Source: the human T2T-CHM13v2.0 reference genome, Homo sapiens. From it: a DNA stretch of 64,000 nucleotides. A program made the position numbers and the translations under genes. This document shows positions 40,634-60,145 of this stretch, in pieces. The stretch lies in NCBI RefSeq assembly GCF_009914755.1, contig NC_060947.1. The stretch is one strand, 5' to 3'. The notes beneath the pieces were generated by a model. That model had not been told where the DNA came from and did not search any database. It was given only the letters and a program-made list of their open reading frames with translations. Positions within the stretch are counted from its first letter, which is position 1. Each line of letters starts with the position of its first letter.

Positions 40634-43156
40634 AAAAAATATTTTTAATTTTTATGGGTACATAGTAGGTGTGTATATATGGGGTACATGAGATGTTTTG
40701 ATACAGGCATGCAATGTGAAATAATCACATCATGGAGAATGGGGTATCCATCCTCTCAAGCATTTATCCTTTGTGTTACAAACAATATAACTATATTATT
40801 TTAGTTATATTAAAATGTACAATTAAATTATTCACTATAGTCAGTCGACTGAGTGACTCTACTATTTGCTGTCAAAAAGAATGAACTTATTCATTCTTTC
40901 TAAATATATTTTTGTAAGTATTAACCTTCTCCACCTTCCCCTCACCTCCCCACACCACTAGCCTTCCCTCCCTTTGGTAACCATCCTTCTACTCTGTTTA
41001 ATTTTTAGATCCCACAAATAAGTGAGAACATTTGATATTTGTCTTTCTGTGCCTAGCTTATTTCACTTGACATAATGATCTCCAGTTCCAACCATGTCGT
41101 TGCAAATGACAGGATCTCATTCTTTTTTATGGCTGAATATTACTCCATTGTGTATATGTACCACATTTTCTTTATTCACCTGTTGATGGACACAAGTTGC
41201 TTCAAGATCTTGGCTATTGTGAACAGAACTGCAACAAACTGCAGAACTGCAACAAATCCCTATCAAAATACCAATGACATTCTTCACAGAAATAGAAAAA
41301 AAAAATCCTAAAATGCATATGGAACCACGAAAGACCCAGAATAGCCACTGGGTCTTCTGGGACCCAGTGCAGATATCTTACTGATATCCTGATTTCCTTT
41401 CTTTGGGGTGTATACCCAGCAGTAGGATTGCTGGATCATGTGGCAGCTCTGTTTTTAGTTTTTTGAGGAACCACTAAACTATTCTCCATAGTGGTTGTAC
41501 TAATTTACATTCCCACCAACAGTATACGAGGGTTGCCTTTTCTCCACATCCTCACCAGGATTTGTTACTGCTTGTCTTTTGGATATAAGCCATTTTAACT
41601 GGGGTGAGATGCTATCTCATTGTAGTTTTTCTTTGCATTTCTGTGATGGTCAGTGACGCTGCATACCTTTTCATATACCTTATGGCCGTTTGTATGTCTT
41701 TTGAGAACTGCCTATTCAAATCTTTTGCCCATTTTTAACCAGATTATTAGATTTTTTTTTTTCCTATGGAGTTGTTTGAGCTCCTTACATATTCTGGTTG
41801 TTAATCCCTTGTCAGGTGGGTAGCTTGCAAATATGTTCTCCCATTTTGTGGGTTGTCTCTTCACTTTGTTGACTGTTTCCTTTGCTGTGCAGAAGCAAAG
41901 GACCCCATTTGTTCATTTTTGCTTTGGTTGCCTGTGATTGTGGGGTATTACTCAAGAAATCTTTGCCAAGACCAGTGTCCTGGAGAGCTTCTGCAATGTT
42001 TTCTGGTAGTAGTTTCATAGTTTGAGGTCTTTAAGTCTTTAATCAATTTTGAATTTTGTATATAGCAGGAGATACAGATCTAGTTTCTTTCTTCTGCCCA
42101 TGGATATCCAGTTTTCCCATAACCATTTATTAAAGAGACTGGCCTTCTCCAGTGTATGTCCTTGGCACTTTTGTCGAAAATGAGTGCACTGTGGGTGTGT
42201 GGATTTTTTTCTGTGTACTCTGTTCTGTTCCACTGGTCTCTGTGTCTCTTTTTATGCCAGCACCATGCTGTCTTGTTTACTATACCTCAGTAGTATAATT
42301 TGAAGTCAGTTCTGTGATTCCTCCAGTTGTGTTCTTTTTGCTTAGGATAGCTTTGGCTATTCTGGGTCTTTTGTGATTCCATATACATTTTAGGATGGTC
42401 TTTTTTCTATTTCTGTGAAGAATGTCATTGGTATTTTGATAGGGATTGCATTGAATCTGTAGATTGCTTTGAGTAATATGGACATTTTAAAAAATATTCA
42501 TTCTTCCAATCCATGAACATGAAATATCTTTCCATTTTTTGGTGGTTTCTTCCATTTCTTGCATCAGTGTTTTATAGTTTTCATTGTAGAGATCTTTCAC
42601 TTCTTTGGTTAAGTTGATTCCTAGGTGTTTAACTTTATGTGGGGCTATTATAAATTAAATTACTTTATTTTCTCTTTCAGGTTGTTGACTGTTGGCATGT
42701 AGAAATGCTACTGATTTTTGTGTGTTAATTTTGTATCCTGTAACTTTACTGAATTTATCACTTCTAATAGTTCTTTTGTGGATTCTTTAGGTTTTTCTAA
42801 ATATAAGATCATCTCATCAGCAAATAAGAATAATTTGACTTCTCATTGTTCAATTCCCACCTATGAGTGAGAACATGCGGTGTTTGGTTTTTTGTCCTTG
42901 TGATAGTTTGCTGAGAATGATGGTTTCCGAACACAGGAAGGGGAACATCACACACCAGGGCCTGTTGTGGGGTGGGGGGAGGGGGGAGGGATAGCATTAG
43001 GAGATATACCTAATGTAAATGACGAGTTAATGGGTGCAGCACACCAACATGGCACATGTATACATATGTAACAAACCTGCACGTTGTGCACATGTACCCT
43101 AGAACTTAAAGTATTATATATATATGATATGTATATACATATATACAATACATATA

Positions 43157-43217
<61 letters not shown>

Positions 43218-46200
43218 GAAGAATAATTTGACTTCTTCCTTTCCAATTTGGATGCCATTTATTTATTTCTCTTGCCTGGCTGCTCTAGCTAGGACTTCCA
43301 GTACTATGTTGAATAACAGTGGTGGCAGTGGGCATCTTTGTCGTGTTCCAGATCTTGAAGGAAAGGCTTTCAGTTTTTCCCTATTCATTATGATACTAGC
43401 TGTGGGACTGCCATATATGGCATTTATTATGTTAAGGTATGTTCCTTCTATACTCAGTTTTTTGGGGGTTTTTATCATGAAGTGATGTTGAATTTTATTA
43501 AATGCTTTTTCAGCATCAAATGAAATGATCAGATGGTTTTTGTTCGTTATTCTGTAGATACGATGTACCACATTGATTGATTTGCATATGTTGAACAAGT
43601 CTTGCATCCCAGGGATAAATACTTGGTCATGATGAATGATCGTTTTAAAGTAATATTACTGTATTCAGTTGCTAGTATTTTGTTGAGGTTTTTTGCATCA
43701 ATATTCATCAGATATATTGGCCTGTAGTTTTCTTTTTTCAATGTGTCTTTGGTTTTGGTATCAGGGTAATACTTGCCTCATGTAATGAGTTTGGCAGTAT
43801 TCTCTTCTATTTTTCAGAATAGTTTGGGTCAGATTGGTATTAGTTCTCCTTTAAATATTTGGTAGAGTTCACCTGTGAAGCCATTAGCTCCCAGGCTTTT
43901 CTTTACTGTGAGACTTTTTATTATGGCTTCAATCTCCTTACTTGTTATTGGCCTATTCAAGTTTTGGATTTCTTTATGGTTCAATCTTGGTAGGTTGTTT
44001 TTGTCTAGAAATTTGCTCATTTCTTCAAGATTTTCCAGTTTATCAGCATGTAGTTTCTCATAGTAGCCACTAATGATCCTTTGAATTTCTGCAGTATCAA
44101 GTGTAATGTGTCCGTTTTTACCTCTGATTTTATTTATTTGGGTCGTCTTTCTTATTTTCTTAGTCTAGCCAAAGGTTTGTCAACTTTAACTTTTCAAAAT
44201 GCGAATTTTTTGTTTTATTGCTCTTTTGTGTTGCTTCATTTCAATTTCATTTGTCTATGGTCTTATCTTTATTATCTCTTCCAGTATTTTGGTTTTGGTT
44301 TGCTCTCTTTTCTAGCTCTTTAAGATGCATTGTTAGGTTGTTTATTTGAAGTTTTTCTTCTTTTTTGAGGTAAGCACATATAACTATAAATTTCCCTCTT
44401 AGTACTGCTTTTGCTATATCCCATAGGTTTTTGTATGTTGTGTTTTCATTATCATTTGTTTCAAGAAAGTTTTCAATTTCCTTCCTAATTTCTTCATTGA
44501 TCCACTTGTCATTTGGAAATGTATTGTTCAATTTTCATGTATTCGTGTAGTTTCCAAAATTCCTCTTGTCATCAATTTCTAGTTTTATTCTTTTGTAGTC
44601 AGAGAAGATGCTTGAGAGGATTTTAGTTTTTTTGAATGTTTTAAGGCTTGTTTTGTAACCTAACATGGTCTGTCTTTGAGAATGATCCATTTGCTGAGGA
44701 AAAGAATGCGTATTCTGCAGTCTTTGGATGAAATATTCTATACATGTCTGTTAGGTCCATTTGTTCTATAGTGTAGATAAACTCCAACGTTTCTTGGTTA
44801 ATTTCTGTCTGGAATATCTGTCAAATGCTGAAAGTGGGGTGTTGAAGTCTCCAGCTATTATTATATTGGGGGTTCTCTCTCTCTTTAGCTTCATTTGATA
44901 TTTGCTTTATATATTTGAGTTCTCCAGTGCTGTTTGCATATATATTTGAAATTCTCTTGTTGAATTGGCCCCTTTATCATTCTATTATTTTGCCTCTTTT
45001 TATAGATTTTGTCTTGAAATCTATTTTTCCTGATATGAGTATAGCTACTCCTGCTCTTTTTGGGTTTCCATTGGCTTGGAATATCTTTTCCATTCCTTTA
45101 CTTTCAGTCTATGTGTGTCTTTATAGGTGAAGTTTCTTATAGGCAACAAATCACTGTGTTTTGTTTTGTTTTGTTTTTAAATTTATGCAGCCACTCTATG
45201 ACTTTTTATTGGAGAGTTTAGTCCATTTGTATTCAGTGTTACTGTTGATAAGTAAAGACTTCCTCCTGCCATTTTGTTATTTGTTTTCTGGTTGTTTTAT
45301 GGTCTCTTCCTTCTTTCTTTCTTTCTGTTCTATCTTCCTTTTAGTGAAAGTGATTTTCTCTGTTGAAATGATTTAGTTTCTTGGTTTGAGGTTCCCATGA
45401 GCCTTGCAAATACTATCTTAATAACCATTATTTTAAGCTGATGAGAACTTAACACTGTTTGCACTAACAAACAAACAAGCAAAAAGAAAAGTAATAAAAA
45501 CTCTATGCCTCAACTTCATACTCCCACTATTTAACTTTTTGTTGTTTCTATTTAGATCTTATTGTACTGTCTATGTCTTGAAAAGCTGTTGTAGTTATTA
45601 TTTTTGATTGGTTCATTGTTTAGTCTTTCTGCTTAGGATAAAAGGAATTTACACGCCACAATTACAGTGTTGGTATAATATTCTGTGTTTTTTTTGTGTG
45701 GTTACTATTGCCAGTAAGTTTTTTACCTTTAGATGACTAGTTATTGCTCATAAATGTCCTTTTCTTTCTGATTGAAGTACTTCCTTTAGCATTTCTTGCA
45801 GGACAGGTCTCATGTTGAGGAAATTCCACAGCTTTTGTTTGGAAAAGTCTTTATTTCTCCCTCATGTTTGAAGAATATTTTTGCTGTTTATACTCTTCTA
45901 GGGTAAAAGTTTTTTCCTTCATCACTTTAAATATGTCATGCCACTCTCTGCTGGCCTATAAGTTTTCCACCGAAAACTCTGTCATCAGATCTATTGGAGC
46001 TCCATTGTATGTTGTTTGTTTGTGTTCTCTTGTTGCTTTGAGGATCCTTTATCCTTGACTTTTGGACTTGAGGTAGTCAAGGCATTTAATAATCCCTGTT
46101 AAAAGACTCTGATGCATTTTTCAGTATGACAATTGTGTTTTTCAGCTCCAGTATTTCTGCTTGATTCTTTTAAATTATTTCAATCTCTTTGTTAAATTTA

Positions 46201-48819
46201 TCTAATATTGTCTTTGGGTTAAATCTGCTTGCTGTTCTATAACCTTCTTGTACTTAGGTATCGATGTATTTCTCTAGGTTTGGGAAGTTCTCTGTTATTA
46301 TTCCTTTCAATAAACCTTCTACCCCTGACTTTTTCCTCTACCTCCTGATTAAGGGCAATAACTCTTATATATTCCCTTTTGAGGTGCCTGTAGGCATGGT
46401 TAATTGTTTTTTATTCTTGTTTTAATCTCTTCTGACTGTGCATTTTCAAATAGCCAGTCTTCAAGCTCACGAATTCTTTGTTCTGCTTGACCAAATCTGC
46501 TGTTAAAAGACTCTGATGCATTTTTCAGTATGACAATTGCATTTTTCAGCTCCAGTATTTCTGCTTGATTCTTTTAGATTATTTCAATCTCTTTGTTAAA
46601 TTTATCTGATAGAATTCTGAATTCCTTCTCTGTGTTATCTTGAAATTTCTTTAAGTTTCCTCAAAATAGCTATTTTGAATTCTCTACCTGAAATGTCACA
46701 TATCTTTTGTTTTTCCAGGATTGGTACCTGGTGCCTTATTTCGTTCATTTGATGAGGTTATGTTTTCCTGAATTGTCCTAATACTTGTAGATGTTTATCT
46801 GTTGCTGGGCATTGAAAAGTTAGGAATTTATTAGAGTTTTTGCAGCCAAGACTTGTTTGTACCCATCCTTCTTGGGAAGGCATTCCAGATATTCAAAAGG
46901 ACTTAGGTGTTATGATCTAAGCTGTATCTGCCTCAGGGAGCACCCCAAGCCCGGTGATGCTGTGCTTCTTACAGACTCATAGAGGCCTCCTTGATGATCT
47001 TGGACAAGATCTGGGATAATTCTCTGGATTACCTGGCAGAGACTTTTGTTCTCTTCCCTTACTGTCTCCCAAATAAACAGTCTCTCACTCTGTTGTGAGC
47101 CACCTGAAGCTGTGGGTGGAGTGAGACAAGCACCCTTGTGGCCACCACCACCATGACTGTGCTGGGTCATACCTGAAGCCAACACAGCACTACATCTTGC
47201 TCAAGTCCTGCTTTAACCCCTCCCTGGCTACTGCTTATGTTCTCTCAAGACCCTGAGGCTCTACAGTCAGCAAATGCCAAAGCCAGTGGGCTTGTGTTCT
47301 TCCCTTCAGGGCAGCAATTTCCCCCAGGCCCTGGGTGGGTCCAGAGGTGCTGTCTGGGAGCCAGGGACTAGCATTTAAAACCTTAGAAGTGCACCTGGTG
47401 TTCTGTTGTACTGTGGCTGATCTGACACTCAAACCACAAGATGTAGTTCTTCCCACTCTTCTCTCCCCTTTCCAAAGGCAGAGGATCCCCACCCCATGGC
47501 CACTGTCACCACAAAACCATGGTAAGTAGTGCCAAACTACCACTGCTGTTTCCTTAAGGCCTGAGGTCTCTTCAATCAGCTTGTAGCGAATGCTGCCTGG
47601 CCTGGGCCTCACCCTTCAAGGACAGTGGGCTCCCCTCTGGCCCAGGGCAGGTCCAGAAATGCCATCCATCCAAGAGCCAAGTCCTAGAATTGTGGACCCC
47701 AAGAACCTGCTTTGTTCTCTAGCCCCCTATGCATGAGCTGGTACCTAAGGTACAAGACAAAGTCCCCTTTCCTTTTTCTTCTGCTTTTTTGAAGCAGAAG
47801 GAATTGTGCCCCGTAGTCAACCGCAGCTCCAGATGTGCTGGGTCTCACCTGAAGCCAACAAGTCTCACAGTCTCACACAGGGCCCTTGATTTAGTACTTG
47901 GGTATCATTGCTGCTTTTTCAGGGCCCAAGGGCTCTTCAGTTAGCTGGTGATGAATGGTGCCAGGATGGGGTCATTCCCTTCTGGACCAGGGTATGTCTA
48001 GGAATGTCATCCAGGAGCTTGGGCCTGGAAAGGGGCCCTCATGACTCTGACCAGTGCCCTATCCTGCCATGGCTAAGCTAGTATCCAAGATGCAAGATAA
48101 AGTTTTCCCTGTTTTCTCCTCAAGCGGAAGGAAGGAGTCTCTTTTGGAGCCATGAGCTGTAAAGCCTGGGGTTAGGGAAGAGATAATACCAGCACTCTCT
48201 TGGCCACCCTGGCTGGTGTTTTAGTATGTTGTGTGTCACCCCTATCCACTGTCTCTGGGCCCTGTTCAGCATTAGAACTCTCCTAGGATTTGCAGTCCTT
48301 GTGGCCTAGACTGTGTTTCAAGTTTATTTATTTAAATCCTCATAGCACTTTAGCCCATGGTGTCCAGGTTTGTGGGAACTCAGGTTCCAACTGCCAGGAT
48401 TGATGATTCCGCTCTGGCTAGGGCTGGTTTAAATGCTCCCTCTGTGGGTGGGCATCAGCTGAGTTTGGTCTTGTTTTCCTTTCTGCTCTATCAGGACAGC
48501 AGCAAGTTCAATGCCTCACAATTGCTGTGCTCTCCCTCCAGCACAAAGAAACACTCTAGTCACCACGCTACCACTGCCTGGGCTTCAGGAAGGTGTGGCA
48601 TCACTGATTTAAGATGGTTTTTTTTTTTTTTTTTTTAAGGTTTTCAGTGCCTTTTTCAGTGATGCGAAGTTAAAACTGGGTACTGTGAGTGCTCACCTGA
48701 TGTTTGGTTCCTATGAGGGTGCTTTTTTGTGTAGATAATTATTAAATTGGTGTCCTTGCGGGGGGCTAGGGAAGGCAATTGGTGGAGCCTTCTGTTCTAC
48801 CATCTTGCTCCACCTCCTC
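40634..48819 (-). mobile_element. Near full-length L1MA1/2-type LINE (3'UTR, decayed ORF2, ORF1, long 5'UTR) nested in L1MB
   Basis: 3' end tttttatgggtacatagtaggtgt...; ORF2 remnant peptides (43263-43607, 43547-43741, 43829-44020, 44247-44531, all minus, e.g. [37 protein letters not shown]); 5'UTR ending ...ccatcttgctccacctcc; TSD caacattt at 40626 and 48820. Confidence 0.9.
42844..43218 (+). mobile_element. 5'-inverted, truncated L1PA (L1PA5-like) nested inside the L1MA
   Basis: Inverted piece 42844-42928, then forward 3'UTR 42929-43112; tail converted to a TA/CA microsatellite; perfect 18-bp TSD aagaataatttgacttct (42826-42843 and 43219-43236). Confidence 0.92.
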
Positions 48820-48992
48820 CAACATTTTCTTTATCTACTTATACATCAGTGGACACTTGGGTTGCTTCCACCTCTCGCCTATTGTGAATAATGCTTTTAT
48901 GAACATAGGTGTACAACTATCTCTTCAAATATCTGCTTTCATTTTGTTTGGGTATGTAGCCTGAAGTGGAATTGCTGAATTCTATGGTAATC
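48820..48992 (-). mobile_element. L1MB continuation (second part of host element)
   Basis: cattttctttatc...gtggacacttgggttgcttccacct...attgtgaataatgct continues the L1MB consensus interrupted at ~40625. Confidence 0.8.
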
Positions 48993-49740
48993 TTTTTTTT
49001 ATTTTATATTTATTTTTTTCTTTGTTTTTTGGAGAGTAGTTTTATTAGCTTGGGATATAATGGGATCATCACTAGGAGGGCAGGGTATTCCACTGGTTAC
49101 CACGTGCAGCTGTCTGGGGAGCATGATAAAATTCAGTCCAGGGTTCTGTGCTGGGGAGCAGGGCCTTGAAAAGAAGGCAAATTGTCCAGGGAAGTAGTAG
49201 CTGTGAGGGTCATGGCTACCTTGCTCCACTCTACTGCACTGGATCTCCTGGTGCTTTTCAGGCTCCTGTCAATCCTGCATCTGTATGGGGCAATGGACCA
49301 TCTGGCCCAAAACTTCATCCTCAAGTTTGATGTAGGCCAGGCATTTCTGCTTCTTTCCACTGGACTTGACTTTGCACTCAGGATTCTTCTTGCAGAAATT
49401 TATATACTGGAGCTTAAATTCTAGCCCCACAAAGTTCCCTGCTGGGGAGAGTGTATCCATAGCACTGCTCATATTGGTCTCCCTGAAGGCTCACTGCATA
49501 AGTGGATGCTTATGGAATTTCCCCAGGGTACCTGCAGGCCCTGCTGCTAGGCCTTTAGGAGCTCAGCCCCGCCTAATCCCATGGTGCCCAGCCATAGGTC
49601 CAGCAGGATCAGCAGCTACTGCATGGGTTTCCCTCAGTCACCCTGGACCTTCTTTCCTGTGCCTTCAAGAAATTTCCTAACCTTCACCATGGCTAAATCT
49701 TGGCCTCAGCTGTCAATCTCTTCCTGGTCTTCTCCCCCTG
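48993..49740 (-). pseudogene. RARRES2P3: Processed pseudogene of RARRES2 (chemerin), antisense within CNKSR2 intron 1
   Basis: Minus-strand translation from ATG 49624 (MQ*LLILLDLWLGTMGLGGAELLKA*QQGLQV / KFHKHPLMQ*AFRET / SAMDTLSPAGNFVGLEFKLQ..KNPECKVKSSGKKQKCLAYIKL..VLGQMVHCPI / DPHSYYFPGQFAF) aligns with chemerin; intronless; stops and frameshifts; AATAAA at 49046-49041 and poly(A) remnant 48993-49030. The parent gene is confident; the P3 number is from memory. Confidence 0.93.
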
Positions 49741-50085
49741 CACATCCCTGCCCCTGATGCTCTTTCCTACTGTGGGGGCCTGTTTTCACTTATGTACTTA
49801 TTTTCTCCCTGGAATTATAAACCCTGTTGATAGACTGTAACATCCTTAAAGTCAGCAAAGATAAACATGTTTCTATCTTCATGATAACCAGTTATTATTT
49901 GGTCTACAATACAATGTAATTTTTTTAAATGTATTTTCAGCCTTGCTGTAAGAAACAGTCTAATGGGAACTTATAGTTGTGTTTATCAAAAGAGTTTATT
50001 GAAGGTGTTGTTTATTACATTACACAAGGATTTCTTCCCACAAGAAATCCTTTTTGCTGACTTTAGTGTCAAAAATGGATGGGCA

Positions 50086-50204
50086 TGTTTGAGGTGATGG
50101 ATATTCCAATTACCCTGTTTTTATCATTATACTTTGTATAATGTATCAGAATATCACATGTATCTCATAAGTATATACAGTTATTATGTATCAATTTAAG
50201 AAAA
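50086..50204 (+). mobile_element. Short L1MA 3'-terminal fragment
   Basis: tgtttgaggtgatggatatt..aattaccctg...tatcacatgtatctcataagtatatac. Confidence 0.75.
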
Positions 50205-50574
50205 GACTGGATGGGCTTCTCCGAGAAACTGGCTTGCTGTTATCTAATGAATGTTTTAAACTATTAATGTTTTTCATTTGTATGAATTTTTTATATTTTC
50301 ATTATTCTGGCTCCCACTTTATGACTAACCATATTTTCCTCATCTACTTTGAATTTGTATTGCCCTCCTGAATTGTGTGTGTGTAAACAATATACTTAAA
50401 TGCCTTTTGATGCAAAGCATAATTTAAATAAATATATATTAAACAAAGACCTTAAAGTTTTAATGGAAAATAGAAAAACATTTTTGGTATAATGACTTTT
50501 GGTATGGTACAAACAAACAGTCTAGAGGTTTGGAAACCATCCTTTCCGTTCCTCCCTCACTCCTAATTCTGCAT

Positions 50575-50720
50575 AGTCTTTAAGAGCATGGATTTAGAGG
50601 CAAATGGACTTGGGTTTAGACCTTGCCTTACCATTTATAAGCTGTTGGATCCCAGGCATGGTCCCTAAATTTAAATTTTCTTATCTGTAAAATCAAGATA
50701 ATGATATACAGTTCATAAAT
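50575..50720 (+). mobile_element. MIR SINE
   Basis: ttaagagcatggatttagaggc...ttttcttatctgtaaaat. Confidence 0.65.
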
Positions 50721-51845
50721 AATAGAAGGTATTACTATTATTCAGCATCAATTCTTCTATATAGAATTGATATAAAACTATTGAAAGTGTAGCCTTTTTC
50801 AAAATAAGTTAGGACAGAGTAAATGAGAACAGTCCCAGAAGAAAATTATCCTTCCTTTTAAAATTTTATTTGGTTTTCTTGAGAATCCTTGTGAAAACAA
50901 ATCATATGCTACTTGTTATAGAGCGACTGCTTGCTTGTAGGAGGACGACTGTTAAGGATGCCTTTGAAGAACATAAAGAACAGGGGTTTCTCAGGTCAAC
51001 ATGTATTATATTGGTATCTAAAAACTATTTGCAATGTTTCCCCTTTCATTCATTCAAATGCCACTTCAGATTGAATGCCATCTGGGTACTCTACACAGTA
51101 TTGAATTCATCAAGAGTATGCTAGCATGGACTTTAGTCCTTGGTAGTTTTAATTTTTTTTTTCTGGTAGGTCTAGAAGAGTGTGATTTCATTAGCCACTG
51201 TTGTATGTTATTCTTTTTCATTTTAATAACTGTATGTTTCTATCTCTCTTTACCCATTTATTTTTGCAAGGGTATGAATCCACTTTATTGTTGAGATGTG
51301 TTTTTTCAGTCTTGAGATGGTCCGATATAGTCGAATTAGGTTTGATTTTGGATCCTCTGGGACCAGGTTTTAATTATTGGTTTGCCTGTGAGTTACTTAC
51401 TGTGTACACTTAGAGAATTACCTAATCTCACTGAGCTTTAATTTCTTCACTTCTGAAATTGGTATAACAGCAGTCTCTTTGACACGACTTGGCATCTTTC
51501 TGTTTACTTCCCATCCTCACCATTATCCTGTAATCTTCTAAAGGAATATTCTACATGCAAGGCCTTCACTTTCTCATTTCCCAGTCACTGCTCAATCCCG
51601 TAGTCTGTCTGGCTTCTCTTTGCCTTATTCTAATACTGTTCTGGCTAAAATCATTGATAATCTCTTAATTCTCAGAGTGCTTTAGTCCTTATCTTACTAG
51701 AATGCTGTGTTGCATTTAACACTTGTCTGTCGTGCCTTTCTTATTATTACCTTGTCCTCTCTGATCCATTTTTGTTTTCATTCTTAGATGCCCCTTTGTC
51801 TGGCCAACCCTCAAGTTGTATGGACCACTATACCTTTCACCCTAT

Positions 51846-52002
51846 ACAGTTGAGGGAGATTGGTTCCAGGAACCCCCACAGATACCAAACTCTGCAAATG
51901 CTCATGTCCCTTATATAAAATAGTATGGTATTTGGATATAATCTATGAAATCCTCTTGTATACTTTAAGTCATCTCTAGGTTACAAATAATACCTAATAC
52001 AA
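51846..52002. mobile_element. MER2 (TcMar-Tigger) fragment
   Basis: gattggttccaggaacccc...ataccaaa...atgctca.gtcccttatataaaat...tcatctctag..ataatacctaataca. Confidence 0.75.
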
Positions 52003-53786
52003 GTACTGCATTCCTTGAGGTCTGTGTCTTATTTACCCTTTTATCTCCAGCGTTCACAGCAGTGTCTGACAAATAATTCCTTCATTTTTCCCCTTGTTCC
52101 TGACTTTAGAGTCTTCCTTTTAAAATATAAATCCTGTTTAGCTCTGTGACACTGTAATTACTACCAACTCCATTTAGATATTCAGCACATATTTGTAATA
52201 GTATCAATTTACATGTTTATTTTATTTACAAATAACTCAGTGAACTCTCACACAGATCCATAATGTTGTCTTATAGTTATTAGGCAGGGAGTCCCTCATC
52301 TTACTCACAGGCTATAAATCTACCTGCATCTACACCCATCTTCTCCTCCTTCCCTCCTTTTTCAATAGAGATATACAGTTCTTATCCACATTTAAATATC
52401 TTCAAGTCTCTAACATCTTTAAGAAAGAAAAACAGACTCTCTCTCTCAATCCCATATTCTCTAGATATCCTCTTATTTTTCTCTTCTCTTACGTAGCCTG
52501 ACTGCTTTGAAGACTCCTCAACCCATTCGATGCTGGCTTATTGCCATCACTGTGAAAACAACTCTCAGGAATATCACTAGTGACTTTCACATTGCTATAT
52601 CCAGTGAGAACATTTCAGCCCTCATCAGTATACACATACTAATGGAGAATGAAAGAAAAAGAAGATTGTATAGGGAGGCTACAAAGTAATTCTAGTTACT
52701 TTAAGGAATTTTGAGACTATAGTAAAGACATCTGTGGCCTTATACTAGACCCTGTCAGGAATCACACTGCTTTTAGGACTGACTCATTTTCTTTCTCAAT
52801 GGCTACATAATCTCTCTGTTTGGAAACTTGACTTCCTTTTGCACATCTTTTCTAATTTCATCTCTGTTTTTTCTATTCTCTTATAATTTCTGCTCCTCCA
52901 TAACTTCAGCTGGAATGTAGCCCCTTATAGCCTCTGGTCTCCCTCCTTGACATAATGAGGACCTCTTAGTTTCAGCTAATTGCCTTATTTTCTTGGTATT
53001 CTTTACTTAAATTTCTAGAGCGTTAGTTTTATTAGTCCAGTTCATCATTTGTATCAGGCCACTTCACAGGTGATTGAAACCGCCTCAATCTATAGCCTAG
53101 CCAATCACTTATGAATTGCCCTGGGTAATCCTGATTTCTACTTTTGGATTTGAGTAAAATCCAAATGATAATGGATTAAGGAGCGCATCACAGGTGAGGA
53201 AATAAGGGTAAGGGCTTGAATCCAAAGAGGGTGACAGACTAGTGGGGAGCACACATGATCAACAAAATCAAATAAAGGATTTTGTGTTTTATTTTAAGAT
53301 GGCAGAGATTTGAACATAGAATGAGTCAATAGGCAATAGTTGAAACAAAGAGAGAATTTAATTTTTTAGTTATTGAAGTTGTGTTAAGGTGGCAGAAGAT
53401 GGGACTACAGAGTACAGAAAGATAGATTAGCTTTAAATAGGAAGGATACCTCTTCCTCTGAAGTGGAGTTTAAGTAAGAAAGTAAGAATTTGATGCAGAT
53501 AAATTTGAAAATAGGGGAACCTGCCTGTTGGCATACTTTATGAAATAGTCAGCAAGGAGAACTGCACAGAAGAAAGATAAAGATTTCCAGTACGTGCTGA
53601 GGAAAATTCAACTAGGTACCTAACAACTACGAGTATGATGAAGTGATTTTCTTTTTCACTGTAGCCCATATGTAGGTTAAGAAAGGGCGAAGGATTTGGC
53701 TAGTTCAGAGTTAAAATGGACTTAATTTGTGACATGGTAGCATTAATGCTTGCTTCTAACCCACCCTTCACATTTATTTGGTTTGA

Positions 53787-60145
<6,359 letters not shown>

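Noticed and set aside
41812-44531. Reverse-transcriptase-like peptides suggesting an active retroelement or novel RT system
   Set aside because: Short frameshifted remnants of L1 ORF2 in a decayed L1MA; no intact ORF.
47290-48135. Internally repeated blocks in the L1MA 5' region
   Set aside because: Diverged repeats consistent with the modular 5'UTR of old L1 families, not locus-specific.
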